Shown here piece by piece: positions 30,605 to 41,735 of a DNA stretch of 64,000 bases. The DNA comes from Vulcanimicrobiota bacterium (GTDB lineage Bacteria; Vulcanimicrobiota; Vulcanimicrobiia; Vulcanimicrobiales; Vulcanimicrobiaceae), in assembly GCA_963723515.1 (NCBI GenBank), contig CAVRQT010000003.1:64001-128000 (forward strand), given 5' to 3'. Each line of letters starts with the position of its first letter. Position 1 is the first letter of the stretch. Made by a program: the position numbers and the translations under genes. The notes beneath the pieces are model-generated. The model had not been told where the DNA came from and did not search any database. It saw nothing but the letters and a program-made list of their open reading frames with translations.

Positions 30605-32869
30605 ATGCAAGCGATAAGCCGCGGCTTCCGGATCGGCGCGGTGCTTCTGGCACTGTTTACAGCTGCCGACATCGCATTCCACGCGCGTTTTCCGATCAGA
30701 ATCGCTGAGGCGCCGCGTTCTGCAAGCGAGATCGCCTTCGTCGATCGAAGCGGTTTGCCGTTAGGAACGATTTTGCCGTCGGATGGAAATCGCCAGGCAT
30801 CCGTTCCGCTTGGGAAGATCTCCCCATCGTTCTTGCAGGCCGTCGTTGCGAGTGAAGATGCCCGTTTTTGGCAGCATCATGGGGTCGATGCGTTCGCGCT
30901 GGCACGGGCGCTGCGACAGTTTCTTGCGAACGGACGCGCACAAAGCGGTGCGTCAACGATCACAATGCAGATCGCGCGAATGCGGTTCGGCATTCCGTCG
31001 ACGTGGCGCGGAAAACTGCGCGAGATGTGGCTTGCGGAGCGAATTGAAAGCGGCTCGACCAAATCACAAATTCTCGCCGCATACGCGAACCGTGTGCCGA
31101 TGGGCGGCAACCTCTACGGCGTTGAAAGTGCGGCTCGCGCATACTTCGGCGAGTCGGCGGATGAACTCGATCTGGCGCAATCCGCATTACTGGCTGCCAT
31201 CCCAAATGATCCGCCGCATTTGAATCCGCGCACGCACTGGACGGCGCTGAAGAGCGGCCAGCGTTACGTTCTGCAACGCATGGTCTTAAACGGATACATC
31301 ACGGATGTGCAAGCAAGGCGCGCGCAAGCCGAGGAAATAGCTCTTGCGGCGCCGGCGCAGGGCTGGATCGCCGCGCCGCATCTGCTGTTCGCATTAGCGC
31401 TTCACGCGCCGGCCGGTATTAGCCAGATCCAAACCACGATCGACAGACCCTTGCAGCGCTACGTCGAGGCGCAACTGCGCGCCGTCTTGCGCGCGCTCAG
31501 CGATCGAAATGTCGGCGAAGGCGCGGTGTTGGTCGTCGACAATGCGACGGGAGATGTTCTCGCATACGCTGGTTCTGCGGATTATACGGATGCGGCGCGC
31601 CGTGGACAGAACGACGGAGTCATCGCGTTGCGGCAGCCCGGCTCAGCGCTCAAGCCGTTTCTCTACGAGGTGGCGCTCGAACGCGGCGACATTTTGCCCA
31701 ACACGATTTTGGCCGATGTTCCGACGACGTATGCGGTCACGAACGGACAGCTGTACAGGCCGGCTGATTACAGCAATGCATATATGGGGCCGGTGCGCGT
31801 TCGTGCGGCGCTGGCCAATTCGCTCAACGTGCCGGCGGTGCGAGTCCTATCGCAAGTAGGCACTTCCACATTCCTCGACCGCTTGCACGAACTGGGATTT
31901 TCGCATTTGAGGAAGAGCCCGGATTACTACGGGCTCGGTCTGACGCTCGGCGGCGGCGAGGTGACATTGTGGGAACTCGTTCACGGCTACGTCACGATGG
32001 CGCGCCGCGGTTCAGCGATCGATTTGCGAACCATTACGTCACAGGCGGCGGCGGCGCCCGATCAAATCGGTTCGGCGCAGCTGTGGTCGCTGATCACCGA
32101 TATGTTGAGCGATTCAACGGCACGCGCCCATTCATTCGGTGTCGGATCGATTCTCGATCTGCCGTTTCAGACGGCGGTCAAAACGGGAACTTCTTCGGAT
32201 TTTCGGGACACCTGGACCGTCGGATTTTCTTCGCGCTATACGGTCGGCGTTTGGGTGGGAAACTTCAACGGCGCGCCGATGCGCCACGTTTCGGGTGTGA
32301 CCGGGGCGGCGCCGGTTTGGAATCGCATCATGCTGCATCTGCATGAAACGAGCGATCCGCCCGCACTTTCCAAGCCACTCGGCATGGTGCGCCGCCCAAT
32401 TTGCGCGACGACGGGACGCCGTCCGGATATTTCTTGCCGCGCGATCGTCTCCGAGTATCTCTTCCCATCGCAACTCGCTGCATACGATCGTCCGCAAAGC
32501 TCACCGCTCTCGCACGATTATGATGAGTGGTTGGCGATGCAGAAGACGCCGGCCGGCAACGCGCGCGACATTCGCATCCTTTTCCCCCACGACTCGGACA
32601 TGTTTTTGCTGAACCATGCGCCCGCGAATGCTATTCGCACTGCGGCGCTGCAAGCAATTCAATTTCAGGCGCGTGCGCTGCCCCATCAATCGGTGCTCTG
32701 GCGTCTCAATGGCCGTTATCTCGCAACGACCGCGTCGCCGTCGCTGATGTGGCCGTTGCGGGTCGGCAAATGGCACGTTGATATCCTGACGTCGGGACGG
32801 CGCGACTCCGTTTCGTTCTCAGTCGTGCCGGGCCAGCCGCACATGCGCCGCGGCTTTTCTACGTACTAG
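30605..32869 (+). CDS. pbpC: Penicillin-binding protein 1C
   Basis: Transglycosylase EDARF, GASTITMQ; transpeptidase GSALK, SLN, KTGTS; C-terminal Ig-like domain. Confidence 0.92.
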   Translation: MQAISRGFRIGAVLLALFTAADIAFHARFPIRIAEAPRSASEIAFVDRSGLPLGTILPSDGNRQASVPLGKISPSFLQAVVASEDARFWQHHGVDAFALARALRQFLANGRAQSGASTITMQIARMRFGIPSTWRGKLREMWLAERIESGSTKSQILAAYANRVPMGGNLYGVESAARAYFGESADELDLAQSALLAAIPNDPPHLNPRTHWTALKSGQRYVLQRMVLNGYITDVQARRAQAEEIALAAPAQGWIAAPHLLFALALHAPAGISQIQTTIDRPLQRYVEAQLRAVLRALSDRNVGEGAVLVVDNATGDVLAYAGSADYTDAARRGQNDGVIALRQPGSALKPFLYEVALERGDILPNTILADVPTTYAVTNGQLYRPADYSNAYMGPVRVRAALANSLNVPAVRVLSQVGTSTFLDRLHELGFSHLRKSPDYYGLGLTLGGGEVTLWELVHGYVTMARRGSAIDLRTITSQAAAAPDQIGSAQLWSLITDMLSDSTARAHSFGVGSILDLPFQTAVKTGTSSDFRDTWTVGFSSRYTVGVWVGNFNGAPMRHVSGVTGAAPVWNRIMLHLHETSDPPALSKPLGMVRRPICATTGRRPDISCRAIVSEYLFPSQLAAYDRPQSSPLSHDYDEWLAMQKTPAGNARDIRILFPHDSDMFLLNHAPANAIRTAALQAIQFQARALPHQSVLWRLNGRYLATTASPSLMWPLRVGKWHVDILTSGRRDSVSFSVVPGQPHMRRGFSTY

Positions 32870-33125
32870 AGCGCTTATCTTGACGAGTCAAATGCAGATC
32901 GGAAGCGACATCCCGGTAGAGATGCCGCATCGCTTCGACGAGCAGGCCGCCAATACGAAAGACGCCGTCACCCGAAACAGAGACACCTTCCCACGGCGTG
33001 CCCTGATGCTTTTGAACTAAAAGGTACGAATCGCGATCGCGCGCATAGAGCGCGAATTCACCTGATTCGGCAAGGCAGGTTGCGCCGGCAATAGATGCCG
33101 GATCAAGGGATTTGAAAAGTTCCAT
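32859..33125 (-). CDS. Hypothetical protein
   Basis: 88-aa ORF filling the gap between pbpC and msrB. Confidence 0.55.
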   Translation of the reverse strand: MELFKSLDPASIAGATCLAESGEFALYARDRDSYLLVQKHQGTPWEGVSVSGDGVFRIGGLLVEAMRHLYRDVASDLHLTRQDKRSST

Positions 33126-33171
33126 CGCGGCGGTCGTTCAGCGACAGAACGAAGGCGAACCTGCTTACGAA

Positions 33172-33663
33172 TTATTTCGGTGAGAAAACGAGCGCGAGGC
33201 CGTTCATACAGTAACGCAGCCCGGTCGGCTTCGGTCCATCGTTGAAGACGTGCCCTAAGTGGCCGCCGCAGCGCCTGCAATGAACCTCGGTACGCGCCTC
33301 GATGAGCGAGTAATCGGATTTGGTCCGCACCGCATTGGGCAGGGGAGCGTAGAACGACGGCCATCCCGTTCCGCTCTCAAACTTCGTTGTTGACGAGAAG
33401 AGCGCGAGTTGACAGCCGGCGCAACTGTAGGTACCGCGCCGATGCTCGTATTCGAGCGGCGAGCTCCACGCCGGTTCGGTGCCCGCGCGGCGTAAAATTT
33501 CGAAACGTGCGTCTCCGAGGCGTTTACGCCATTGTTCATCGCTGAGCGTTACTTCGAAACTTTCAGCGGCAGCGGTGGCGAACCGTGGCCTGAACGCAAT
33601 GACTCCTAGCGATGCTGCCAGGCTGCCGATCAGTTCAAGACGCCTCAAGCGTTGATGTGACAT
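33172..33663 (-). CDS. msrB: Methionine-R-sulfoxide reductase with possible Tat-like signal
   Basis: [36 protein letters not shown]. Confidence 0.95.
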   Translation of the reverse strand: MSHQRLRRLELIGSLAASLGVIAFRPRFATAAAESFEVTLSDEQWRKRLGDARFEILRRAGTEPAWSSPLEYEHRRGTYSCAGCQLALFSSTTKFESGTGWPSFYAPLPNAVRTKSDYSLIEARTEVHCRRCGGHLGHVFNDGPKPTGLRYCMNGLALVFSPK

Positions 33664-34127
33664 GACACTCCGTGCTTTTCAAAGTACCGCTGATGGTAGT
33701 CTTCGGCGCGGAAAAACGGTTTCGCGGGCTCAATCTGTGTGATGATCGGAGCGTCGTGCGTGCCGGAACGCTCAAGCGCGGCCTTCGATGCTAAGGCTTC
33801 CTGTTGTTGCTCGGGCGAGTGGTAGAAGATCGCCGAGCGGTATTGCGTGCCGACATCCGGCCCCTGACGATTGATCGTGGTCGGGTCGTGCATCTTCCAG
33901 AAAAGGCCCAACAATTGCGAATACGAGACTTTCTGCGGATCGTATGTCACTTGCACCACCTCCGCATGCCCGGTGCGGTCGGTACAAACGTCTTCGTATG
34001 TCGGATTCTCTTTGTTGCCGCCCATGTAACCGGATACCGCGTCAATGACGCCCGGAAGCTGCCGGAACGCCGCCTCGACTCCCCAAAAACATCCCGCTCC
34101 GAATGTCGCTGTCTCCATTGTTGTCAT
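33645..34127 (-). CDS. msrA: Methionine-S-sulfoxide reductase
   Basis: GAGCFWG, GHAE, HDPT, QYRS, AEDYHQ. Confidence 0.96.
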   Translation of the reverse strand: MTTMETATFGAGCFWGVEAAFRQLPGVIDAVSGYMGGNKENPTYEDVCTDRTGHAEVVQVTYDPQKVSYSQLLGLFWKMHDPTTINRQGPDVGTQYRSAIFYHSPEQQQEALASKAALERSGTHDAPIITQIEPAKPFFRAEDYHQRYFEKHGVSCHINA

Positions 34128-34199
34128 TCCCTTCAACGCTCCGCTGGGTGCACTTTCTAGAACCCCACCCTTCCCTTAACGGGTTGTAGCCAGTACCGG

Positions 34200-34778
34200 A
34201 TGGCTCAACAGCTTGGGTTTTTTCAGGAAAGGCAGCGGCAGATCGTTTCGACGGCCGGCGGCCGCATCGTTTACTTTGCGTCGGTCTTCACTGCGGCTGA
34301 GAGCGAGTCGCTCTTCGACGTGCTCTTGCGGACCATCCCGTGGTCGTCCGAGCGCATGTGGATGTACGAAAAACTCGTCGATGTGCCGCGGTTGGTCGCT
34401 TCCTACGACCCAGGCGCGGAACTTCCGGAGGCACTGCGTACGATCAAAGCGCGCACTGAGGAAGCGGTCGGTGAGCGCTTCAACGGTGTTTCGCTGAACT
34501 ACTATCGTGATGGCACCGATAGCGTTGCCTGGCACAGCGACCACAGCGAAGGATTGACGAAGCATCCGACCGTCGCGCTCGCAAGCTTCGGCGCAACGCG
34601 CAGCATGCTCTTCCGCGCGAAGGCGCCCCCGCGTCGCCAATTGCGCTGCGATCTTGGACCGGGCAGCGTCCTGGCAATGTACGGCGACATTCAGCAGCAT
34701 TGGGAGCACCATATTCCCAAAGTGCGAATGCCGACCGATGCGCGCATCAGCGTCGCGCTGCGTACCAAGGTCGCTTAA
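34200..34778 (+). CDS. AlkB-family 2OG-Fe(II) dioxygenase
   Basis: LNYYRDG.DSVAWHSD, WEHHIPK, RISVALR. Confidence 0.9.
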   Translation: MAQQLGFFQERQRQIVSTAGGRIVYFASVFTAAESESLFDVLLRTIPWSSERMWMYEKLVDVPRLVASYDPGAELPEALRTIKARTEEAVGERFNGVSLNYYRDGTDSVAWHSDHSEGLTKHPTVALASFGATRSMLFRAKAPPRRQLRCDLGPGSVLAMYGDIQQHWEHHIPKVRMPTDARISVALRTKVA

Positions 34779-34784
34779 CGCAAC

Positions 34785-36230
34785 TTAGTCAGTGATGAAA
34801 CGCGTGAAGAGATCCGCGCGCAACTTTGCAAGCGCGCCGGGGTCTTCAAGCCAGTCGTCCAGCATGAATGAAAAGGTCACGGTGCCGTGCCGCCGCGTCC
34901 GTAAGAAGCCGGAGATCGTGCGAACGTGGCTGATGCTTCCCGTCTTAGCGAAGACATTTCTTTCGGCCGGCGTCCCGGTGTAGGCGCTTTTCAGCGTGCC
35001 GCGCACACCGGATTCGGGCAGCGCATCAACGATGATATCGCGATGAGGGGATCGCCAATCGCTTTGCAGGATCGTCAGCAGATCGCGCGGGGTAATGCGA
35101 TCGTATTGCGAGAGCCCCGAGCCGTCCGCAATGGAAGCGGTTGCCGGATCGACGCCGATCGATTTCAGATACTGCTGCTCGAGCGCGACGGCGGCCGCCA
35201 TCGGGTCGTTTCCGCCTCGCGAAACGCCCAGCGCAAGGAGAAAGAGCTCGCCCATTAGATTGTCGCTCGGCTCCCAGAAATCAGCGAGCAGCTGCGGCAT
35301 CGTCGCGGAATCGTGGCCCCAAAGAACTTGTGTACCGGTCGGCTGCGCACCCGATCGCACCCCGCCGTCAACGCTGACTCCATGCGCTCGCAACGCTCGC
35401 AAGAATACATCGCCTGCGTAGGCAGCTGGATCGGGCACGGCCGGACGCACGTCGTCGGATTCCTTCGCATCGATCGGATAGGAGCCGGTGAACTTCAGCG
35501 TCGTCCAATCGGAGAAGTCGCGGCTGGTGTCCGTCGTGTCTTTTGAGCGCGGCGGGCCGGTTGTGATCTCGTTGTCGATCTTTAGCGCATCGGTTTGCGG
35601 CTCGACGCGCAGCGCCGCGGGCGTGCCCACCGCCGGGCCGGGCCGCATGTAGATGTGAAGAACATTTTCCTCGAGGGAGAGCGCGGAGACGAGCGGCGCA
35701 TAGTAATAAGGAAGGTCGTCCCAGGACCAGCCCGGCTGATACCTCTGCCCGCCGAAGTACGTCGCATCGGTAATCACGGCACCCGTGAAGTGCGTTGACG
35801 AGGTCGCGACCTTTGCCGCTGCGGCATCGAGATCGTTTGCGGTTAGATGCGCGTCGCCACCGCCTTTGAGGTAAAGATTGGCACCGTCGGTTGCAACCGT
35901 TGTCTTGAACGTGAAGCCGATTCCCAGGTCCCGAAGCGCTGCCGAACCGGCGAGCAACTTAAAGTTTGACGCCGGCATGAATTCGTCATCGGCGTTACGG
36001 GAGTAGAGAAGCTTTCCGCGCGCCGTATCGACTGCGATGAATCCGATATGCGCGCCGCGCAGTACGCGCCGGCCGAGAATGCGAGCGACGTCGCGCTGCA
36101 GCTTTTGAACGTCACGATCCGTCCAGGGCGCTCCCGCAACCGCTGGAGGGCGATCCGCCGCCGACGCGTTCGGCGAATCCAAAAACAACATTGCGAGCGC
36201 CGCGCATGTGAAGAGCAACAGTCGCTTCAT
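34785..36230 (-). CDS. dacB: D-Ala-D-Ala carboxypeptidase/endopeptidase (PBP4, S13)
   Basis: PASNFK, SDN, DGSGLS, KTGS; signal peptide. Confidence 0.92.
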   Translation of the reverse strand: MKRLLLFTCAALAMLFLDSPNASAADRPPAVAGAPWTDRDVQKLQRDVARILGRRVLRGAHIGFIAVDTARGKLLYSRNADDEFMPASNFKLLAGSAALRDLGIGFTFKTTVATDGANLYLKGGGDAHLTANDLDAAAAKVATSSTHFTGAVITDATYFGGQRYQPGWSWDDLPYYYAPLVSALSLEENVLHIYMRPGPAVGTPAALRVEPQTDALKIDNEITTGPPRSKDTTDTSRDFSDWTTLKFTGSYPIDAKESDDVRPAVPDPAAYAGDVFLRALRAHGVSVDGGVRSGAQPTGTQVLWGHDSATMPQLLADFWEPSDNLMGELFLLALGVSRGGNDPMAAAVALEQQYLKSIGVDPATASIADGSGLSQYDRITPRDLLTILQSDWRSPHRDIIVDALPESGVRGTLKSAYTGTPAERNVFAKTGSISHVRTISGFLRTRRHGTVTFSFMLDDWLEDPGALAKLRADLFTRFITD

Positions 36231-36249
36231 GCTTGCTTCTTCATGGCCG

Positions 36250-37667
36250 CTACCAGGCCGGACTCCTGCGCGCAATACTCTTCGGTTTCGCCCCGATGCG
36301 CGCGTAGAGCTCGATTCCGTCGTTTGCGCGAACCAAATGATAGCGGCCCTCAGCGCTTTGCGCGCGAATGCGAGGACCGTCGCGAATCACCCAATTCGAC
36401 TGTGGATACTGCCAATCGAAGAGCGCATAATCGGGATACTGTTCGACACCGAGCGTCGCTCTTGGGAAGAAGCCCATGTGGGTGTAAGCCTCTTCTTGCG
36501 TTCCAACTTCGATCGTCCGCGGCAGCGTCGCAATAAACGCGTCAAGCTGCGCGTCGCGCGCCTGCGGCCAGCGCAGAAAATATCTCGGATGCAATGGATT
36601 CGCGATTGTGAAGATCAGCAGGCAGACGACGGCGCAGCCGATGAGGAGCCGCCGTGCCGCAAGCGGTGCCCGCGCTGATACACTCGGCAAGCGCCCAGCG
36701 TAAAGGCAACGAGCACGTAAGGAATCCACACCGCGGCATAATGTTGTCCCATCGTGTAGGTCACGGGAGCGCGCGAGAGGAGCACTTCGGCGAATGGTGC
36801 GATGGCGAGTACCAGCGCGCGCGAGAGAAACGGCAAGAAGAGCAGCGGCAAGAACGCCAATACGAGGTAGCCGGCGCGATCGGCGATGCCCTGAATCAAA
36901 GACGGCGTCTGCGGCTGCACAGGGGAGTACATGACGAGCGGATGCCAAGGTTCATGCGCTCCGGCGAGCGGCCGTACGACAAGAAAGTAACCGGCAAAGA
37001 CGATCACGGCGCAACCAAGCATCACGAGCGCAGCGCTGACGCCGCGTCGTTCGCCTCGGGCAGCAAAGTACCACAGCGCCGCAATGGCGAGCAACCCGAT
37101 GAAGACCGCCTGATCCTCTTTGATCGCCAAAGCAAGCACGGCGAAGAGGAGTGCGAGCCCAAACTTGCGTGCGTCGAGCGCGTAGAGCAACCACGTGACG
37201 GCCGGAACGACGAGACTGTTTTCATGAAAGTCGGCGAACGTGATGCCGCACAGCGGCGGATAAAGGAACGACAGCGCGGCGATTGCCAGCGCGCACCGTT
37301 CGGGAACCCGCCGCCGCGCGATCAAAAAAAGTGCCGGCGCCACGGTGGCGTTGCACGCCGCGCTGACAACGATTAACGGCAGGGCAGAATGCGTCGCCCA
37401 TACCAACGGCGAGAGCACGTACAAGATCGGCGAAAAGTGAACCGTAAAGTGGCTGGCGCTTTCGATCGTGTTCGAGAAACCGGCAAATGCACTCGCGATC
37501 GTCTGAAAGAAGATGCCGAAATCTTCGGCTGAGCGGTGAGCGACGTACCGGTCGATGCCCAGCGCGCTGAAGATCAAAAAATATCCGGCGCTTCCAAGCC
37601 AAATCCAACCGAGAGCGCTGATACGACACTTCGACAAGCTCAGTGCAGGCCACTTCGACAAGCTCAA
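36250..37667 (-). CDS. DUF2079-like membrane protein (GT-C-like); frameshift near 36670
   Basis: DFGIFFQ, HFSPIL, DFHE, IKED, QHY motifs; C-terminus continues in ORF 36250..36948. Confidence 0.75.
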
Positions 37668-37674
37668 TGCAAGC
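37627..37674 (-). repeat. Two tandem 24-bp REP-like copies
   Basis: CACTTCGACAAGCTCAGTGCAGGC + CACTTCGACAAGCTCAATGCAAGC (22/24 identical). Confidence 0.8.
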
Positions 37675-37744
37675 CATTGCGCCGTATTCTCATCTATCTT
37701 TTAAGAAGGCGAAGCTGCCGCGACCGTATAGTACAAGGAGAAAG

Positions 37745-39151
37745 ATGAAAGGATTCATTGCAGCGATTGCACTGTGCGCCGCAGCGGCGATCGCAGTCGT
37801 CACGAGTTCGCATTTCTCGAACGCCAAACCGCAAGCCGCACTTGCGGCGGACGCCGGCATTCACAAGATCAAGCACGTGATCATCATCATGCAAGAGAAC
37901 CGCTCGTTCGATAGTTATTTCGGGACGTATCCGGGCGCGGACGGCATTCCGGCGTCGGTCTGTGTCCCGGCAACGCAGGGCGGATGCATTCGTCCGTACC
38001 ACGACGCGAACGATCGCAACGCAGGTGGTCCGCATGGGGAACGCAATGCGATCGCCGACATCGACGGCGGTCGCATGGACGGCTTCATTCTCAGCGCGCA
38101 ACGCGGTCGCCGGCGATGCCGTGGCGTGAACAATCCGAACTGCACGAACGGCGCACGTGTCGATACAGTCGGGTATCACGATCAGCGCGAGATTCCGAAT
38201 TATTGGACGTATGCGCGCAACTTCGTGCTGCAAGACCGGCTCTTTCAGCCGAACGCGTCGTGGAGTTTGCCGCAGCATCTCTTTATGGTTTCAGAGTGGT
38301 CTGCGTCTTGTTCACGGATCGGCGACCCGATGAGCTGTGTCAGCGCATTACAGAGTCCGGACTCGCCGCGCGACTTTGGCGCTCGCCGCGGTGGCGCAAT
38401 GACGCCCGGCCGGCCTGATTACGCGTGGACCGATTTAACCTATCTGCTGCATCGCGCGCATGTGCCTTGGGCTTACTACGTGATGGGCGGCTTCGAACCG
38501 GATTGCCGCGACGACGGAATGCAATGCGCACCGCGCAGCCAAGGCGTGCACACGCCCGGCATTTGGAATCCTCTGCCGTCATTTGATACCGTCAAGCAGG
38601 ATGGCCAGTTAGGCAACGTTCAGGACATCGGCAACTTTTTTCGCGCGGCGCGCAACGGCACGCTTCCTGCCGTGTCGTGGATCACCCCGGCTAACCGCTA
38701 TAGCGAACATCCGCCGGCGCTCGTTAGCGCGGGTCAAGCATATGTGACGGGCCTGATCAACGCGATCATGCGCAGCCCGGATTGGCCCGGCACGGCGATC
38801 TTTCTTTCGTGGGACGATTGGGGCGGTTTTTACGATCACGTCGTTCCGCCGCGGGTCGATCAAAACGGATACGGCCTACGCGTTCCCGGAATCGTGATCA
38901 GCCCGTATGCGCGACGCGGCTTTATCGATCATCAGACACTGAGCCACGATGCGTACGTCAAATTCATCGAAGACGATTTTCTCTTCAGCGCTCGTATCGA
39001 TCCGCGCACCGACGGCCGCCCCGATCCTCGTCCCGACGTGCGGGAGAACCAGGCAACCTTAGGCGATGTAACCCGCGATTTCGATTTTACGCAGCGGCCG
39101 CGTCCGCCGCTGATCCTGGCGGGCGGCATCGGACCGCCGTATCTGCGTTAA
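37745..39151 (+). CDS. Secreted phosphoesterase (phospholipase C / AcpA family)
   Basis: [50 protein letters not shown]. Confidence 0.9.
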   Translation: MKGFIAAIALCAAAAIAVVTSSHFSNAKPQAALAADAGIHKIKHVIIIMQENRSFDSYFGTYPGADGIPASVCVPATQGGCIRPYHDANDRNAGGPHGERNAIADIDGGRMDGFILSAQRGRRRCRGVNNPNCTNGARVDTVGYHDQREIPNYWTYARNFVLQDRLFQPNASWSLPQHLFMVSEWSASCSRIGDPMSCVSALQSPDSPRDFGARRGGAMTPGRPDYAWTDLTYLLHRAHVPWAYYVMGGFEPDCRDDGMQCAPRSQGVHTPGIWNPLPSFDTVKQDGQLGNVQDIGNFFRAARNGTLPAVSWITPANRYSEHPPALVSAGQAYVTGLINAIMRSPDWPGTAIFLSWDDWGGFYDHVVPPRVDQNGYGLRVPGIVISPYARRGFIDHQTLSHDAYVKFIEDDFLFSARIDPRTDGRPDPRPDVRENQATLGDVTRDFDFTQRPRPPLILAGGIGPPYLR

Positions 39152-40225
39152 GGTTTTGCCAACGGCGCGAACTGATGTAAGAACCGCTCGATGCGCTCGG
39201 CATCGACGCCGGCCGACTGCAATCGCTCTTCCATTGCATCGGCGCGCGCCGGCGGCGTAACGAACATCATGGCGGCTCGATCGTCTGAAGCGCGCAATTC
39301 TACATGGTGCGAGCGCGCGGGAAAGACGACGGTTTGGTAGGGCGTGAGCTCTGCGCTGCCGGTTTCACATCGAACTTCGGCAGGACGATCGAGCGTCATG
39401 AAGATCAGCGGCCGCCCTTCGGTCGGCAACGTGGACCAATTCGCCGTCAAATGGAGCTTCTCGACCGTAAAGTTGTGATCGGCAACGCATGCGAGGCGAC
39501 GCATTCCGCCGAGCTCGTACTCAATCTGTGCGATCGCTCCAGCCTCGGAGCGGCGGTAATCGAGCACGTCGGCCGCTTTTTGCACGTGCAGCTCGCGCGG
39601 CTTACCCTTGTGCATCGACACGATTCCAATCGAAGATGCGATAGGTTAAGTCGCTCGCCTGTTGGGTTTCAAAGACGATGATTCCCGCGCCGATGGCATG
39701 CAACGTGCCTGCCGGTAAGTAGTACACTTCGCTGGCGCGCACCGGAACGCGCCGCAGGATTTCGCCCAGCGTTCCATCTTGGACGCGCCGCTCGTATTCT
39801 TCACGCGACGTGTCGCGATTCCAACCCAGCACGAGCTCCGCGCCCGGTTGCGCATCGATCACGTACCAGCATTCCGTTTTACCGTTCGGCTGATGCTCGA
39901 CGCGTTGGGCGTACTCGTCGTCGGGATGGACTTGCACCGAGAGCGAGTCGTGCGCGTCGATGATCTTCGTCAACACCGGAAAGGTCCGGTTCGGATCGAG
40001 ATTTCCCAAGAATGCGGAGCCGAGCCGGCTGCGAAGATCCGCGAGCGTTTGCGTTTGCAGCGTTCCGTTCAAGACCGCATTTTCGTCCCAGCACTCCCAC
40101 GATTCGCCGAGTTTTTCATTCGGGTCGCCCGCTTTGCCGAAGCGTTTGACGAGCGCATCGCCGCCCCAAATGGCGCCGACGAGCTTCGGGTCGATCAAAT
40201 ACGGGTAGAGCAGCGAATCGTCCAC
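39148..40225 (-). CDS. manA: Type I mannose-6-phosphate isomerase; frameshift near 39605
   Basis: [44 protein letters not shown]; continues as GKPRELH in ORF 39148..39621. Confidence 0.88.
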
Positions 40226-40279
40226 GCGAGCCTATGATACCAAATGGGTGCGCACCGAGCGAAAGTGGAAGGGTTTCGC

Positions 40280-41735
40280 GTGCACCAAGTCCACGTCGGC
40301 ATCGGCTCCAACCTCGGCGACCGCCAGAGCAACATTCTGGCCGCACTGCAGCGCCTGCGCCGAAAAGGTGAAGTTTTCGCCGTCTCTTCGTTTTACGAGA
40401 CGGCGCCGTTTGGCGGCGCCGAAGGTCCGCCGTTTCTGAACATCGCGGCGTCGCTGCGCACCGAATTAGATCGAACGGCGTTCGAGCGGTTTGCGCTGGA
40501 CGTCGAAAGCGCGGTCGGCCGCGCAAGACGCCGGCCGATGGAGGCGCGTCCGATCGATATCGACGTTCTCGTCTTCGATGACGCATACGCTCATCCGAAC
40601 CTTGCGAGCCGCAGTTACAACTTGTTCCCGCTCGCCGAGATCGCGCCGGACGTTCTGATTCCACAGCTTAACGAGCGCGCCGCGGATCTTGCCGCGTCGC
40701 TTCCGCAAAACGGCGTGCGAAGAAAATCTCGCGCGCTGGCATTCGCCGCGAATCGGCAAGAAGAAGAACCGGATGTCCGTATCTCGCTTGGCCGCGCCGG
40801 CGTTTCGAACGTGCGGCGCATCATTCACCTCAACATCGATGGGCAGCCGCAGACGTACAATGCGGAGTTTACAATGGTTGCCGCACTGCCGCCGGATAAA
40901 GCCGGCATGCACATGTCGCGCTTCGGCGAGACGCTCGAAGAAGCGACCCTCGAAGTGCTTTCGCGGCAAGATCCTAAGGCGCGCATCGAAACGCTGGTTG
41001 ACGATATTGCGCGTGAAATCATCAGCACGCATCGTGCCGTGAGTGCCGACGTGCGGCTGCGTGCAGACTTTGGGCTCGAACGTTGGACGCCGGTCAGCGG
41101 GAAAGCGCGGCGAAGAGACATACACGCTCGTCGCGATCGCGCACGCCGACGAGGAAGAAACGCGCCACGTCGTTGGAGTTGAAGCGGAAGGGATGACAGC
41201 CTGCCCTTGCGCGCAGCAGATGGTGCGCGAGCATAGCATCCGCGAGCTCGAAGAAGCCGGCTTTACGCCGGAGCAAGCCGAGCGCGCGCTGAACGCGCTG
41301 CCGGCGGCGACGCACAATCAACGCGGACGCGGCTCCGTTTTGATCGGCAACGATCCGGGTGCGCAAGCAACGATCGTCGCCTCAGATCTGATCGAGATCG
41401 TCGAGAACGCGATGTCGAGCGAAACGTACGATCTGCTCAAGCGGCCGGACGAGTTCTTCGTCGTCAACAAGGCGCATCAAAATCCGAAGTTCGTCGAAGA
41501 CGTCGTTCGAGGAATCATCGCCGGCGCGCTGGCGATGTATGCAGACTTTCCGGATTCGGCGTTTATCGCCGCGTCGCAAGTGAACTACGAATCGATTCAC
41601 AAGCATGACGTCTTTGCCGAGGCGTTTGGAACCTTCGGCGAGTTTCGCGCCGAGTTGCGATCAGGGTCCTACCTGGCGCGCAAGACCGACCTCGCCGGCT
41701 GGCTTCGGACCGTGCATAGCCCCGTTTTGCTCTGA
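40280..41735 (+). CDS. Fusion of FolK (HPPK) and MptA/FolE2-type GTP cyclohydrolase; frameshift near 41103
   Basis: FolK: GIGSNLGDR, SSFYETAP, FLN, RPIDIDVL, HP. Cyclohydrolase: GMHMSRF, EGMTACPCAQ, THNQRGRG, LLKRPDE, PKFVEDVVR, ESIHKHD. Confidence 0.85.

Noticed and set aside
37627..37674. Possible CRISPR array (57007-57085 also considered)
   Set aside because: The repeats are directly adjacent with no spacers, and there are no cas genes.
41661..41735. 75-bp convergent overlap of the M48 gene and folK-mptA
   Set aside because: It involves only non-conserved tails and may be another indel artefact.
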